Shown: one piece after another, positions 27,927 to 43,640 of the stretch | Layout: each line of letters begins with the position of its first letter | How positions within the stretch are numbered: the first letter of the stretch is position 1 | Source: Eledone cirrhosa | Lineage: Eukaryota | Length of the DNA stretch: 64,000 bases | Direction of reading: 5' to 3' | NCBI GenBank assembly: GCA_964016885.1 | Contig: OZ024740.1 | Location: 133,858,001-133,922,000, forward strand | Notes under the pieces: generated by a model | Told to the model about the DNA's origin: nothing | What the model saw: only the letters and a program-made list of their open reading frames with translations | The model's database searches: none | Position numbers and translations under genes: made by a program

Positions 27927-28812
27927 CGAGGTGTGTCAGAAAAGTTCCAGGACTGATGTCACAAATAATTTATTTCAAACCCAAACTTCACACTAAGAGT
28001 TTTCTCCTTCAAAGTAATCCCCCTGGGGTATGTAACTGTAATCACAGCTCTCTGCAGCGATCAATCTTTTTTCTTCATAATTTTATATACATGTCCTCTG
28101 TTTCCTGTCGTCAAGCAATGAGCACAGAGCAACGAACAAACTTGAAGTTTCTTGTACGGTTGGGCAAAATTCCGTCAGAAGCACTGGCATTGCTGCAGCA
28201 AGTGTATGGAGATGAGACGATGTCACGCTCATGTGTTTTTGAGTGGTGCAAGATGACCCCAGGAGCGGAAGGTCCTCAACAACCAGGACTGAGGTCAATG
28301 GTGAGCGCGCCAGGCAGATGGTGCGTAGCGATCGTCGGCTGACTGTTCGACTGATGGCAAATGAGTTGGGTATGAATCGGGACAGCGTCTGGAAGATTCT
28401 CACTGAAGATTTGGACATGCAGAACATCTGCGCGAAGATGGTGCCAAAACTGCTGAAAGATGACCAGAAGGGTTGACGCATGCAAGTTTGCCAGAACATC
28501 CTCGAGCGTCTTGAAACCGAACCAGACTTGCTAGAGACAGTCATCACCGGTGATGAGTCATGGATCTTCGAGTACGACCCGGGGGGGACCCGTTTTGAAG
28601 ACGTGGACGACATCCAAAAGGCCGTGACGACGGAACTACGGAGGATCCCGGAAGAATCCTTCCAGGAGTGCATGCAAGCGTGGAAGAAAAGGATGGAAAA
28701 GTGAATTAGACTCCAGGGGGATTACTTTGAAGGAGAAAACTCATAGTGTGAAGTTTGGGTTTGAAATAAATCTTTTGTGACATCAGTCCTGGAACTTTTC
28801 TGACACAACTCG
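27927..28812 (+). mobile_element. Internally deleted mariner transposon with TA TSD and about 100-bp inverted ends
   Basis: TA-CGAGGTGTGTCAGAAAAGTTCC...GGAACTTTTCTGACACAACTCG-TA; transposase remnant 28118-28746 with EQR..KF, DDPRSGR, MVPKLL, ITGDESW and GDYFEG; D34D region deleted. Confidence 0.92.
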
Positions 28813-28840
28813 TATATATATATAGGAATTTTTTCAAGAG

Positions 28841-28931
28841 CCCGACAGCAGAGCTCAAGCCGTTTCGACGGCTATTTCTGGACTAAATTAGATTTTTAGC
28901 GTGGTAATAAATAGCCGAACTTTTCAAGGGG
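28841..28931 (-). ncRNA. Hammerhead motif with U3-A8 core
   Basis: cccc-UUGAAAA-gttcggctattt...aaatagccgtc-GAAA-cggc ttgagctct gctg-UC/ggg. Confidence 0.65.
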
Positions 28932-29411
28932 TAATTCCATATATGGGAAGATTGTAGTTGTCAAAAAGATTGGTCAAAATTTCTTGTAAACACAATTACA
29001 TCTTTCATGGTGGGAGGTGGTGGTGACTGAATTCACCTGTAGAACGAAGGGCGAGTGGGTGGAGTCGGTTAAGCGTTGAAAGTGAATTCTATACAGCAAA
29101 TTGTAAGGAGGGTGGATAAAATTAGGCGAGCTAGAAGCAGGCGAAAAAAGAATTCTGGAGGAATCTGAGAGTGGGAAGTTATAAAATAAAAAAATTAATA
29201 AGTTAATAAATTGAAATTAAAAAATTAATAAATAATAAATAAAAATAATATTAAAAAATTGAATAATAAAAAAAATAATTGACAGGCTCCAACCACTCCG
29301 TCATTGTTCTACAAGCAAGTTCAGTCACCCACCAGCATGAAAGATTTACTTGTGTTTACAAGAAAATTACCGATCCTTTTGACAACTACAATCTTCCCAT
29401 ATATGGAATTA

Positions 29412-29503
29412 CACCTTGAAAAGTTCGGCTATTTATTACAACGCTAAAAATCTAATTTAGTCCAGAAATAGCCGTCGAAACGGCTTAAGCTCTGCCGTCG
29501 AGG
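29412..29503 (+). ncRNA. Hammerhead motif with U3-A8 core
   Basis: cc-UUGAAAA-gttcggctattt...aaatagccgtc-GAAA-cggc ttaagctct gccg-UC/gagg; stem I weakened. Confidence 0.6.
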
Positions 29504-29597
29504 TCTTGAACAATTTCCTATTACCCACTCTACTAGCCTAAGTATTGAGTACTCTAGTGCGTTATGGTCCACCTGCTTCCTTACCACACTTCCTTCG

Positions 29598-30621
<1,024 letters not shown>

Positions 30622-30669
30622 TATATATATATATATATATATGTAGATAAATCTACCAAGAGTTTACGG

Positions 30670-30747
<78 letters not shown>

Positions 30748-30749
30748 TG

Positions 30750-30898
30750 TGTACGTCAATACTCATCTTTTTCCATTTATCTGAAAGTTCTAAACCCCAT
30801 TATCAGGCTAAAATTTCTTTAGTCAAAAATACGTTGAAAGCTATTCTATTTTCTAATCTCAAACCTACTCACTGTTTCAAAACATACTTACTTGTCAT

Positions 30899-30900
<2 letters not shown>
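30750..30900. repeat. Dispersed repeat of about 150 bp, second copy at about 42977-43125
   Basis: Near-identical GTACGTCAATACTCATCTTTTTCCATTTATCTGA... block, both copies between (TA)n. Confidence 0.8.
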
Positions 30901-30965
<65 letters not shown>

Positions 30966-31569
30966 ATGTATATATGCATGTATGTATGAATACAGAGAGA
31001 AGGAGAGGGAGAGGGAGAGAGAGAAATGTCTTCATCAGGAATAAAGCAGTGCTAGACCTGTAGTAATCATTTCTATATGAAATAAATATATACCTTCTTC
31101 ACTAATGCATTGAGCACCTTTCTAAATTTATTAACTTGTATTATTTAGAGAATAGCCAACAGATACTAAGGGTATGTGTTCTATGGTGGTGTATGATATC
31201 TTGGAAAATGTTATTTGCTATAACTTCTGAACGACGGAGATCTTTACCCTAAACGTTTATAACTGTTTTTCTGTTATATTTTTCTTCTACTTGAACTTAA
31301 TCAAACCCCCGAAAATTCCCTCAAAGTTATGTTTTCCTTAAACGTTCCACGTGTCTGAATTCGATACCTGCATGTCAGCCTTTCATTAGCTTTGTACTCA
31401 ATCAATATGCCCTTTGTTTAAATTTAATCATTTGCTTCCTAGATAATTGAACTAATTATTTGTCAGTAACATGATATGAACTCGGATTTCTCATCTCGAT
31501 GAGTATGATGTTCTGTTCACAACTTGGCACATGTGACTCGACAGAATCATATACATATATGTATATATA

Positions 31570-31762
<193 letters not shown>

Positions 31763-31842
31763 TGTGTGTATATATATGAAATTAACTTTATCTAACATAC
31801 CAACACATTTTCTCTCCCTTTCTCTAACTCGCAATTTCTCTT

Positions 31843-31884
<42 letters not shown>

Positions 31885-34155
31885 TCTATATGTATATATA
31901 TATATGTATGTTCATATATCACTATATATATATATGTGCATTACTGCACTCAGGATGCTGCATACGTGATTTATTATACCAATTACTAACACGCTGGAAG
32001 TGAAGTAATATAGTAAATCAATAAAACAAAAATACAAACCAAAAAGAAAACAAAATGCTCTTCATTTTAATTGAAGTTCTTATTTCGGCTTAGAACTGCA
32101 TATTACATTGTATCATTGGCTCACTATTTGTTTTATATTTATTTCAAGTCATATTTACGTCATTTCTTTCACTTTAAACTTTCATATTTCGACTTGATTT
32201 TAGAATTATCTGTTGACAGCACTTGAGAATTGTTAAGCCTGCGAATGTAGGATTAACATTTTATGTGACCAAAGTGAAAGCATTTACTATTAATTTGTTA
32301 ATATTCTCAAGTCATCTGTCAGAAATGTTTAACACCTCCGAATGCTGATAAACCCTATTTTGTTGATATCAATCATTTATATTGTAAAACGATGGCTTAC
32401 ACAAGCTTTAGATAACGGCAATAGTGTAATGTGTTCTTGTTTCCATATCAATCAAACCTAAAATATTTAAATGATACACAATATAAGGATTACTAAATCT
32501 TAATTTGATTTTAATATTCAATGATAGTGCATCACAATGGCTATTGTTCAGACATATTTTGTCACTTCACCTAAGTAGCATAAAATGGACATCATGCAGG
32601 CGACATTTGTACAATGATCAGTATTTGTGATAGGTATGAATACCACTTCGGTGGTAAATTGTTGGAAAACGTGATATGAATTCTTGTAAACACATGCAAT
32701 ATATCTAAATAAATATTGATATATTATGTCCTACGTGTCTGTGGGCTTCTGCTTTTATGTGTACGTTAATGTTTACCGTACAGTTCTTCTATCAATACCT
32801 TGGGGATATTGGAGAATAGGTGGGAAGCATCGATAAACTAGCAGAATAATAAATTAACTTTAAAAGAAGAGAGCTCTTTTAGTCCTAATAATTTGAGCCT
32901 CGACCTATAGACAAAGTTTAGGTGCGATATTGTATACATAAATGTGTGTGAATCTGTGTGCCTGTGTATGTGTTTGTGGGGGGGGGGGGGGCGTACATGT
33001 GAGTATGTGCATATTTTTGTATACTTTTGTGAATGTTTGAAGTTATATTCCTTTCAAGCTTTATGGCCTTTTTACATTTTAGTCAGATTTCTATATTTAT
33101 AACAGCTCCAAGTATATTTATATTTATGTAGACACATACCGTCTGGTTGTAAATTAGCATATTTTATTGAATTAATATAATACATACATGAATTCGAATA
33201 CATATTCGATGAGGCCTCAATATGCTGGTTTTATTCAAATATTGTAGCGAAATTAATACGATGATACCTCGTTGAACAATTTCGAAGACATATTATAAAT
33301 GCCGGGACAGGTTAGGTTTAAGTACATTTTAGTGAAGAGAAGATACTAATAACTTGATGATTTCATGATCTTAGAAATATACAGCTCACTTATTGACACC
33401 CTACGTCATTAGCAACCGAAATTTGCCTAACATCACAACACTAACTAGGTTTTATTGCATATCTCACTATATACAGAAAGCAAAACGAAATTGTGCCTAT
33501 GTAGCATGATCTATGCTTACAATTTCCACGTTGCTTTGGTTTCTTTGATTGCAAAGAATTAAAGCAAAAATAGTTATAACACATGTAATGATTAAAATGA
33601 AGATTATATAAGCTCATTACATCATGTTGACGGTACACACACACACTGACACACTCACAAATATTTTTTTTTTCAAACACCTCTAACTTTGTTATACTTG
33701 TTTGATGACGAATAATTTTATTTTTAAATATTTCCATTTTTTTCTATCTATATATTTCCATTTTTTTTTCTATCTATTTGCCGTACTCCATATCCACAGC
33801 ATCTATAAAGCGTATAAAAACGTGATGTTTGTCAAATGTAATTTTAAACAAGGTTATGATTTCTAATTAGCGATGAGACTCAGCAAATAAAAGTTACGTT
33901 GCCCTGCAACACTGTGAAACTTCTACCGATAAAAATGTATAGCCTGTCATTTTATTTCTTCAATTTATTTTATTTCTTATTTCTTTAACATCAAGCTTGT
34001 ATAAACGTGATTCCAATTGTGTTTATAGTATGTATTGTAAGCTTAATATATCATGGATTACATTTTCCTGTCTGTGCTTCATTTAAGAGAGATTTGCTGT
34101 TGTTTTAATCATGACAGTTAATCGTGTGTGTATGTGTGTGTTTGTGTGTGTGTCT

Positions 34156-34224
<69 letters not shown>

Positions 34225-35178
34225 GGTGTGTGTGTGCATGCGTATATGTGCATTGGTACGAGGCAGGTATATATGTGTGTGTGCCTGTGGGAGCGTGTGA
34301 CATATATGAAGATTGAGAAGGCGAGGGAGACAGATAGACAGGCAGGTATAGTCAAACAAACAGAAATTGAGAGACATTCTACGTATAGTGATTAGAGACG
34401 CCATCCACATAAACAAAAACAGTAATGTTAGCTTGAGCAATAAGAAGCTAATTAGTTGTGAGGAAAATATATTTATGCATACCACACTTGCAGAAAGCAA
34501 TGGTTTTTCTATTAGTAGTTAACATATATTGCTTTTATCTATTTCATTTATTTATTTCTATTTTTGGTGGGTAGGGGTTCTCTCGGCATAAACATATCTG
34601 TTTAACATTTTAAAGCTTTCTGTATTAAATATGTTATTGCTAACCAAAATATTACATGTCATGTGAGAGGTTTTTTAAAATAATTATTGTTTAAACAATT
34701 TCATATTTTCTACAGCAAATAATTTACAAATTTGCTACATTTATCTAGTATTTCAGTCATCCTTACTTTGGCAAATACGATGAAGGTTCTTTTTTCGCTG
34801 AAGAATAACTCGGTATGCTATCCAGAGTTGCCTGGGTGAAAAAATAACTAATAGTAGATTGTTGAATTTTTTATTATTTCTTACAAATTGATATAATATC
34901 TATTTACTTCTTTTTAAGTTCCCTGCATTGTCTCAATACTAACATGATTATTGAATTTTTAATCACCTAATAATAACCTATATATATATATGTATACGTA
35001 AAATATATGAGTAACCTGTGGTTACAAGCGGCGACGTTGGTCGAAGCACTCGATGCTGTTAAGGGGTACGTCCTTCGTTGGGTTGTACTCCAGGTTTAAG
35101 GCGGTTGTAGTTTACAGAGTGTATATATAGAGTGACAATAAGATGTCAAATTTGCAGTTTGTTATGAAACTTTATTCA

Positions 35179-35253
35179 ATATTACAATTGTTTCGATATC
35201 AATCAGCTCGATCAGACGATCAGATCCCGGCTCTTTATCGACACTTCAGATAT
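35179..35253 (-). ncRNA. Degenerate hammerhead motif
   Basis: atat-CUGAAG(A9 lost)-tgtcgat...attgatatc-GAAA-CAAUUG-UA/atat, followed by AATAAA. Confidence 0.5.
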
Positions 35254-35560
35254 GCGAGGTTACATGGGTGGTCCCATCCAAACTGCTGACATATGCCCCG
35301 TGTTTGTTTTATAAACATATTATCGGGTTATGGCGTAAGTGGGAAACGGGAATGCGTAGATGGAGAACAGAAAATTTCAATATCACCGAAGTGAGGAATT
35401 GTAAGGAATAATAAAGCTGGTCGATGAGATTGATTTAGAAGGTATTTGATGAAAGTATAAATAGCAAAATTGGAAGGAGTGAAAGGGAGAAAACAGGAGA
35501 AAAAGAGAGAAAAAAAGAAAGAAAGAAAAAAGGGAAAGAGGTGAGGCAACTGTTTGTCAT

Positions 35561-35652
<92 letters not shown>

Positions 35653-36187
35653 GAGAGAGAGAGGGGGGAGAGAGAGGGAAAAGGTGGGGATAGAGATGCG
35701 GATATGAAAACCTGGAAATATGTATGATGTGCTATTCTACAATAAAGTTATGGGTAGCCTCACAATCAAAGAAAAATATTTTTTCGTAGCAAAATAATTT
35801 ATTTTCATCTATTTTCCTCTATGTTCATCACTCAAAATTCTATATAGATTCTAGTCTATTTCCATTCTAGTACGGGTAGAGTGGGTGCCACTGATGATGA
35901 AAGATTAACAAGTTCTAAAAGAGCATTGTCTGACATTCTCAACGTACTGGCAACTTTGTGATATATTCACAGAGGAAAATAATACTATTCTTTGAAAGTG
36001 GGGTTTCCCATATGTCTATTGTATATAAAAGTATGGTATATGTTTGTATATGTTTTCCTATACACATCTATTATACTTAAACGCTGTCTTAGTTCTACTG
36101 TCAATTATATTATATATATACACACACACATACATTTATTTATATATATATAAATATACATTATATATATGTATGTATATAATATTT

Positions 36188-36284
<97 letters not shown>

Positions 36285-37824
36285 GGAATTGTTTCAGTTT
36301 TCCAACACATTGTCCTAGCTGTATCTATTTTTATTAGTCATTAATATTTGATGCTATCTCCAGTGTTTCTACAAATATCTAATCGCACGTTAGAATTTAA
36401 ATATATTTTCAGGAAACATTATTTTTAAATCTCTGATACAACTTGAGAATAATATCCGTATAGTTTTCTTTCTGTTAACATTTTTTAATGCTAAATGTGT
36501 GTTTGAATACTTAAAATCTGACATCATCGTCGTCATTGTTGTCCTCGTCATCATGCTCATAATCATCATTAACATCATTTATCACCATAGTCATAATTAC
36601 CATTACCATAATCATTGCAGTCAACATTATCGTCCACATTATGATTATAATGATAATGCTATTTGTTATTTTGATTATTATTCTTAAGGATAAGTTGTAT
36701 AGTAAAATCTGTAAAATACAGTAAATAATACATTGGAATGTCTTGTGTTCTGAGTTGAAATCCTGCTCCTCTCTCCTTTGCCTTCCATCCTTCCACGATC
36801 TATAAAATAAGTATTTTGGTTCATTTGATCGATTGTACTATCCCTTGAAAATGATGGTATTATGAGTATGTTAGAAACGTTTATAGTCATCATCGTAGCT
36901 ATCATTAACATAAATTGTGATATCCCATGGAAATGAAAAGTATAACCAAATATAGAAATATTACCCTTTGCCTCTCGTTTCTCAATTTATTATGGCAGCT
37001 GTTATGATATTCGTTGAAAGAGGAAGCATTCTTCATTTATTAAATGAGATTTCTAGAAGTGGACATCATCGATCAACCAAGCTTTCTGAATTCAATTTTA
37101 CACTATATTAAACGTTTGTTATAATATATCAGTTTTGTTAGTTGGATTGCTAGAAGCAAACGTACTTGACTTTCGTAACTGGTCAAGCTTAAGAGATTTA
37201 CTAGAATTTTAATTAAGCAATGTTTAATCAAAATTGGTGAAAGCAATATCTTTGAAAGATATATTGCAAAAGTCAGAATGGCAATTATAATAGTGAAAAT
37301 ATTATTTTACAGAGTCATACGCTAGTTATGTGGAATATAGGTATATTTGTCTTCCATAAATATGAGCGTTTGAAATAATATAAACAAATTGAACCGGCAT
37401 CCGTATATATTCTTATTTGGTTGTTCTAAATGCGGCCATGTCTTTAGTTTCAAACATTTGTGTTCTGTGTTCCAATCCGCCAATTTCAACTTTCTATTTC
37501 TCATTTCCGAACAGTTAGATATTGGGGTCATTTAAATCGACTATACTCTCCTCAACGAAATGTTTCAAATTGTGCCAAAGCTAGAAGTCAATATTCGTTT
37601 GAAAAATATTAAAAGTATGTACAAGTAATTAAATCGAAACTATGTCTCACATGTTTCACATACAATGGCGCGCATCAAATTGAGTTTCACTGCTATTTGA
37701 AAGTCTGAATTGGTTTTAATGAAATCGTTACGCTCACAAACACATACAAACAAACCACACAAGCACGCATGCGCCCATATATGTATGAATAGGAGTGGGA
37801 GATACAAATAACCAAGTCAGAATT

Positions 37825-38150
37825 GAATGTTACAAAGTGTGGAGTGTAGGATATGCGTGGAATATGCGAAAAGAGTGAAATATGTGGATTATCTGATATT
37901 AGTAATGTGTCTAGAACGTGCGGTATGTTTGGAATGTCTGGATTCTGTGAAGTATCTGGATTGTGTGCAATGTCTGCAATTTCTGAAATGTATAAAATGT
38001 GTAGAATTGTGTGACATGACAGGGTAAATATATTGTCTGCAAACTTTTATTGTCTGAAGTATATAGATTGACTGCAAGAATTGGCACAACTGGAATCGTC
38101 GAGTGCCTGAAGTGGCTGCAATGTACGGATTCAGCTGTAGTTTTCCAACC
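37825..38150. repeat. Degenerate 9-bp periodic tract (TGTGGAATA/TCTGGAATG-like)
   Basis: Visible 9-nt periodicity that yields CxxCxx-like ORF translations. Confidence 0.55.
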
Positions 38151-38221
38151 AATTGTATCCATTTCTGATGATCATTAATATTATCTCCTACGTTTTTAGA
38201 AATATCTAACCACATGTTGGA

Positions 38222-38255
<34 letters not shown>

Positions 38256-38303
38256 GTATATATATAAAGATGGATGATATATATATGTATATATATATAT
38301 ATG

Positions 38304-38434
<131 letters not shown>

Positions 38435-38490
38435 ACATATATATATATATATATATATGTGTGTGTATATATATATGCATATATATATAT

Positions 38491-38554
<64 letters not shown>

Positions 38555-38902
38555 AGAGGGAGAGAGAGAGAAAGAGAGAGAGAGAGATATATATAGATAG
38601 ATATATAGATGTGTTTGTGTATGTGTAAGGTGGCAAATTGGCAGTCGTTGTAACGTCGGATAGAATGAATTGTGGTATTTGTTTCGGTTCTCTGCTCTCT
38701 GAGTTCAAATCTTCCCGTGGTCACCTTTGCCTTTCATCCATTCAGACCTTTAAAAAAGTATCAGTCTAATACTGGGATCGATTCTTCCTCTATAACTCAT
38801 TTTCACATCCACTCGCTCTCTCTCTATCCATCTCTTGAAGAAATCTGCTGTATTCAGACCTGGATAGGGGATGGGCTCCACCAGGTCTCAAATAATACCC
38901 TA

Positions 38903-41900
38903 AATTCCAACCCCTCCTCAACGTGGTAGGGCGGTGGCAACGGGTAGTGTCAGAGTTATGCCGTCGGGAACTTTGGTTCCTGGTAGGGCCATCCAAGGCG
39001 GATTGGTCTGGCACCCAGCGGTATTAGGGCCGCAACCCGACAAATGGGGCTCTGGTGAAAATCAAAGAGGTGCCTGCTCCGGTAGCCGGCGGCATCGGGT
39101 CGTTTCTGTCTCTGCGTCTGTGGAGAATCTGCGGCAAAGAGGACGTTTATTCCTCTCGTTCGGGATATAGAGGCGGGTTTTTTGGAGACCGCTTGTGAAT
39201 TCACTACTCCCATGACACTTCTTCCATGAATCCTACAAATACGAACTATCAATCGGAATTGCCTTACCGCTACGAACGCAACGCAAAGCATCAGCGCTCG
39301 TACCGCTATGGCTCTACAGACTACTCCCGCAGTAGTCCCGCTCTTCAGATGAAGGAAGGAATTGAGGTTAGCGTGCTGGAACGTCCGAACACTTCGTGAC
39401 GACGGTGTCCAGGCACTTACAATGAAGGCTCTGCACAGGTAGTGCGTTTATGTCGCTTGCCTTTCAGAAGTTCGACTTCCCGATGTTGATCATCTTCCGA
39501 TCAAAGTTCCTGGCGATAACATCTCCTGCCACTTGTACCATAGTGGCGTGATTGACAACAGTGGCCTTCACGGGGTCGCTGTAACACTCAGTCCAACGCA
39601 CAAGCGGCTCTGCTGGCGTGGCAGCCGATCTCACACCGACTCGCGCTGGTTAGATTGAAGGGTCAAATCTCTAACGTCAGCGTAATTGCCGTCTACGCTC
39701 CCGCACTCAATGCGGACAAGGCGGACAAGACGCAGTTCTCTGCCAATCTCCAAACAACCGTGGTTGGCGTCCCCTCCAGTGATGTTGTCATTGTCGCTGG
39801 TGACTGGAATGCGCGGGCGGGGCCGGCTAGGGATACAACACGGCATATTCTAGGACACTGTGCCATAGGCGTACGCTGTGACAATGGTGAACGGCTCGTG
39901 TCCTTCGCGGATGCCAATCGTCTTATCGGCAACAACACCCGGTTCCAGCATCCTCGGCGTCACCTCGTTACATGGCGATCCAATGACGGAAGAACGGCCA
40001 ATCAGATTGACTACATCCTGGTCAGATCTCGGTGAGCCAGCTCAGTGATGGACTCGCGTGCGTATCGGGGGAGGGGCTGATACGGGCAGTGAGCATGGGT
40101 CAGACCATACTCTTGTTCGAGCAACCCTTCGTCTGCGGATGCGGGCGAAGCCTCCTCCCAACCGCCAGAAAAGGATCGATATCTCGCGACTCAAGCTCGA
40201 TGCTGGAAATGCTTTCCGGCTAGAGCTGCGAAACTGATTCCAAATGCTAAGTAACGAAGTGGAACTGCAACCGGATCAGGAGTGGAACGCGCTCAGGGCG
40301 GCGACGGTTGAGGTGGCCAGGGAGCATCTCGGGTCGACCAAAAGACGCGATCGGGACTGGATCTCCGGCGACACTCTTTAACTCGCGGAGAGGGCGAGAG
40401 TGGCCCGACTCGAAGGTGCACCCAATCTTCGAGATCTCCGACGTCGTACATCTCGGGTTATTCGGGCCGATCGGAATGGACACTGGCGCGAGTTTGCGGA
40501 GCAGACGGAGAGGGTAGCAGCCTGTGGTGACTCGCGCAAGATCTACCAACTGGTGAAGCGCGCCAGCCGAAGAAGTAGGTATATCAGCGAGACGATCCGT
40601 GATCGGAACGGGGCGGTCATTACCATTCTTAATGACCGGCTAGTCCTATGGCGGGACCATTTCTCCGAGCTACTCAAGCACCCGCCACCACCGATGCCAA
40701 CCTACGTCCAGCCTTCCGGAGAAGAATACGGGTGCAGCACAGCCCCTCCGACGGTCGAGGAGGTACGTAGTGTCCTGAAACATCTCCGGAACAACAAGGC
40801 GCCGGGCTAAGATGGAGTTCCAGCTGAGGTCTACAAGGCCGAGCCTGATGTCTTCGCAGCTTGACTCCATGGAGTCTTCTCCTCGGTGTGGGCGACGGAG
40901 CGGTTCACTGGTGACTGGAGCGAGGCATCTCTCCTACCCATCTTCAAAAAGGGCGACATGAAACTGTGTTCCAACTACAGGGTATCAGTTTAATTGACGT
41001 TGCTGCCAAGACCTTCGCAATTCTTCTGCTGTAGAGGTTCCAGGCCATCCGTGATGTCCATACCCGTCTTTCTCAGGGCGGCTTCCGTCCGGGGAGGGGG
41101 TGCGTTGATCAAATCTTCATTCTCCGGCGTGTCCTGGTACAACGGTGGACACATCAACAGCCTACCGTCCTCTGCTTCATCGACTTTGCAGCTGCCTTCG
41201 ACTCGGTAGATCGGGAAACTCTATGGCGTCTAATGCAGGCGGAGGGCCTCCCAGTGAAGCTGGTTCGTCTCATACAAGGCTACTACCGGTCGACTCGGGC
41301 TCGAGTGAGGTGGGGAGACGGAGTCGTTCGATGTTGGGACCGGTGTTCGGCAGGGGTGTGCACTATCGCCAACTCTCTTTAACTACGCCATTGACTACTC
41401 TCTCAACACAGCGCTCCGGGATTACCCGGGCGTAGAGGTCGGGAGAGGAGTCGTGGTGACAGACCTGGCCTACGCGGATGGCATCGTGCTGATGGGCGCT
41501 AACGGGACAGATGTACAAGGTTCTCTCGAAAGGGTGCACACTGCAGCCGCCGCTGTTGTTCTACGAATCAATGCCGCCAAGTCGAAAGTCATGACGTCAC
41601 TCGTCTCGCCTGATGCCTGGCCGCCAATATCTCTCAAGGGCGTGGACCTGGAGGATGTGGAGTCCTTCGTTTACCTGGGCTCAACAGTGGTTCCAACGGG
41701 ACAGGGCGCAGCCGGGAGTCAAGCGTCGCATAGGTGCTGCCAGATCCACTTTTGGGCGCCTCCAGCGGTGTCTGTGGGACAGAAGAGAGATCACCTCGGC
41801 GACCAAAGGACGAATCTACCAGGCCGTCGTTCTCACTATCCTCCTCTATGGCTGTGAAACATGGCCTATTAGGGTAGTCAATCAACGGGGGCTGGAGGTC

Positions 41901-42352
41901 TTCGACAATGACTGCCTCCGCCGCATTCTTCGCTGCAGACACGTTGATACGGTACCTACCACAAGTCTTCGTCTTCGCCTGAATCTTCGACCCCTTCCTT
42001 CAGTGCTTCTGCAACGGCACTTGAGATGGTTTGGTCACGCAGCCCGGCGCCCTGAGGGTGAGCTGATCCACGATGTTCTCCTCCCACCTCCACTCCCTAA
42101 CTGGCGCAAGCGCGTTGGCGGAGAGCTGAAGACCTGAGTAACGACGATCAAGGAGGACCTCTCCGAACTCTCAGGTCCGCAGGTGGTCGGCGTGCGCCGA
42201 TGGAACCTTGACTGGCTCGTTATCTCCAGTGACCTAGCCCGTGACCGTCGTGTGTGGGCTGCCTTGCTTCGGGATGCCGTCAGAAAAAGGGAAGTAGCCG
42301 GGTCAACCCGTCCTGGGTGAATGTTAACACAAGTACAAGTACAAATAAAAGT
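38903..42352 (+). mobile_element. Apparently full-length RTE LINE (APE + RT), inactivated, with 13-bp TSD
   Basis: TSD AAATAATACCCTA at 38890-38902 and 42353-42365; WNVRTL, LSEVR, VYAP, GDWNA, QIDYIL (APE); KAPG.DG, NYRGISL, FIDFAAAFDSV, RQGC.LSP.LF, LAYAD, FVYLGS, LLYGCETW; (CAAGTA)n tail. Confidence 0.93.
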
Positions 42353-43122
42353 AAATAATACCCTAGAAACGCCGTATATTAATACGATGCCTTTACGGCT
42401 CCCTCGGGTGTTACGGGACCATGCATACATACTTGTATGTATGTATGATATATATATCTGTCAGGTCGCTATTCTGTGCTTCTGGTAACATGTAACCCAG
42501 TACAACATGAGCATGGTCGGGTCGTTGGTGACTAAATTAGCAACCTCGCCAAGCTTGTTTGGTGTGGAGGGGTATTTTGGACACACTCCGTCAAATTGTG
42601 GAGGAACTGAAGAGAGTCAACGGCCTTCCAATAAAATATTTTTCGAGGGGGCAGTTAAAGACCCACTAGCCTTCATTAAGATCTCTCTAGAAGGTCACAC
42701 TTATATAAAACCTGTGACTTCGTTTGCAACCAATGATGTAGACCATTAAATGCATTCGATGTTCATAGAGTGGGATGGTCTCCGTGCAAAGTTTTTCTTC
42801 ATTTATAAACGCTTCAATCACAAGTATCACTTAATATGTGACACCTTGTGCGTTGCATGGCATGGCTGGCCGTAGGAAAGTTCCTAGTAGGACTAAAAAT
42901 CTACGTCCGTGCTGCTCATGCTATCAAGCGATAGCATTACTCGAAATCAAGTTGCAACCATCATATATATATATATGTACGTCAATACTCATCTTTTTCC
43001 ATTTATCTGAGGGTTCTAAACCCCATTATCAGGCTAAAATTCCTTTAGTCAAAATAATACGGTGAAAGCTATTCTATTTTCTAATTTCAAGCCTGCTCAC
43101 TGTTTCAAAACATATTTACTTG

Positions 43123-43189
<67 letters not shown>

Positions 43190-43394
43190 GGAAGCATTAT
43201 TTTAAATCTCTATCCCTGATAGAACTTGAGAATAAACCTGATTAGCTTTCTTTTGTTTCGGTGTCAGTAAAATTTGTTATAAAACATAGTCTTTACCTTG
43301 TCATTTGTTCATGATGTGTGTAATATAAAGGTTTATCTATTATTTTTTTTTCTGTTAGGAGTTTCATATACTGCATACTTAAAATCTGCTACAG

Positions 43395-43640
43395 TTTGAA
43401 ATATGTGAAATATTCGAAACCTCGGAAATATGTGAATCATCTGGTATATATGGAATGTCTGGCATGATTGTAAACATTACAATTCGTGGGGCGTTAGGGC
43501 TTTCTAAACATATCATACAGTTTATGGCTTTTATTAATTCCTCCCAGGCCTGACATTCCAGAAATACCAGAGTTTGAAAACAATGTACACATTCTGGAAA
43601 TTCAACGCATTTAATACATTCATTACATCCCACATATACA
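43395..43640. repeat. Degenerate 9-bp periodic tract, forward then inverted orientation
   Basis: GAAATATGT/GGAATGTCT units followed by CATTCCAGA/CATTCTGGA units. Confidence 0.55.

Noticed and set aside
33200-33265. Further HHR-like traces (33200, 15080, 46670, 54490)
   Set aside because: Core or stems too degenerate to distinguish from chance
35892-35933. TGATGA...CTGA as a C/D box snoRNA or HHR
   Set aside because: Too short, no terminal stem and no HHR stems
34757-35970. Two putative host exons (34757-34812 and from 35871)
   Set aside because: Splice-like signals exist, but joining them gives a stop and the peptides match nothing I recognise
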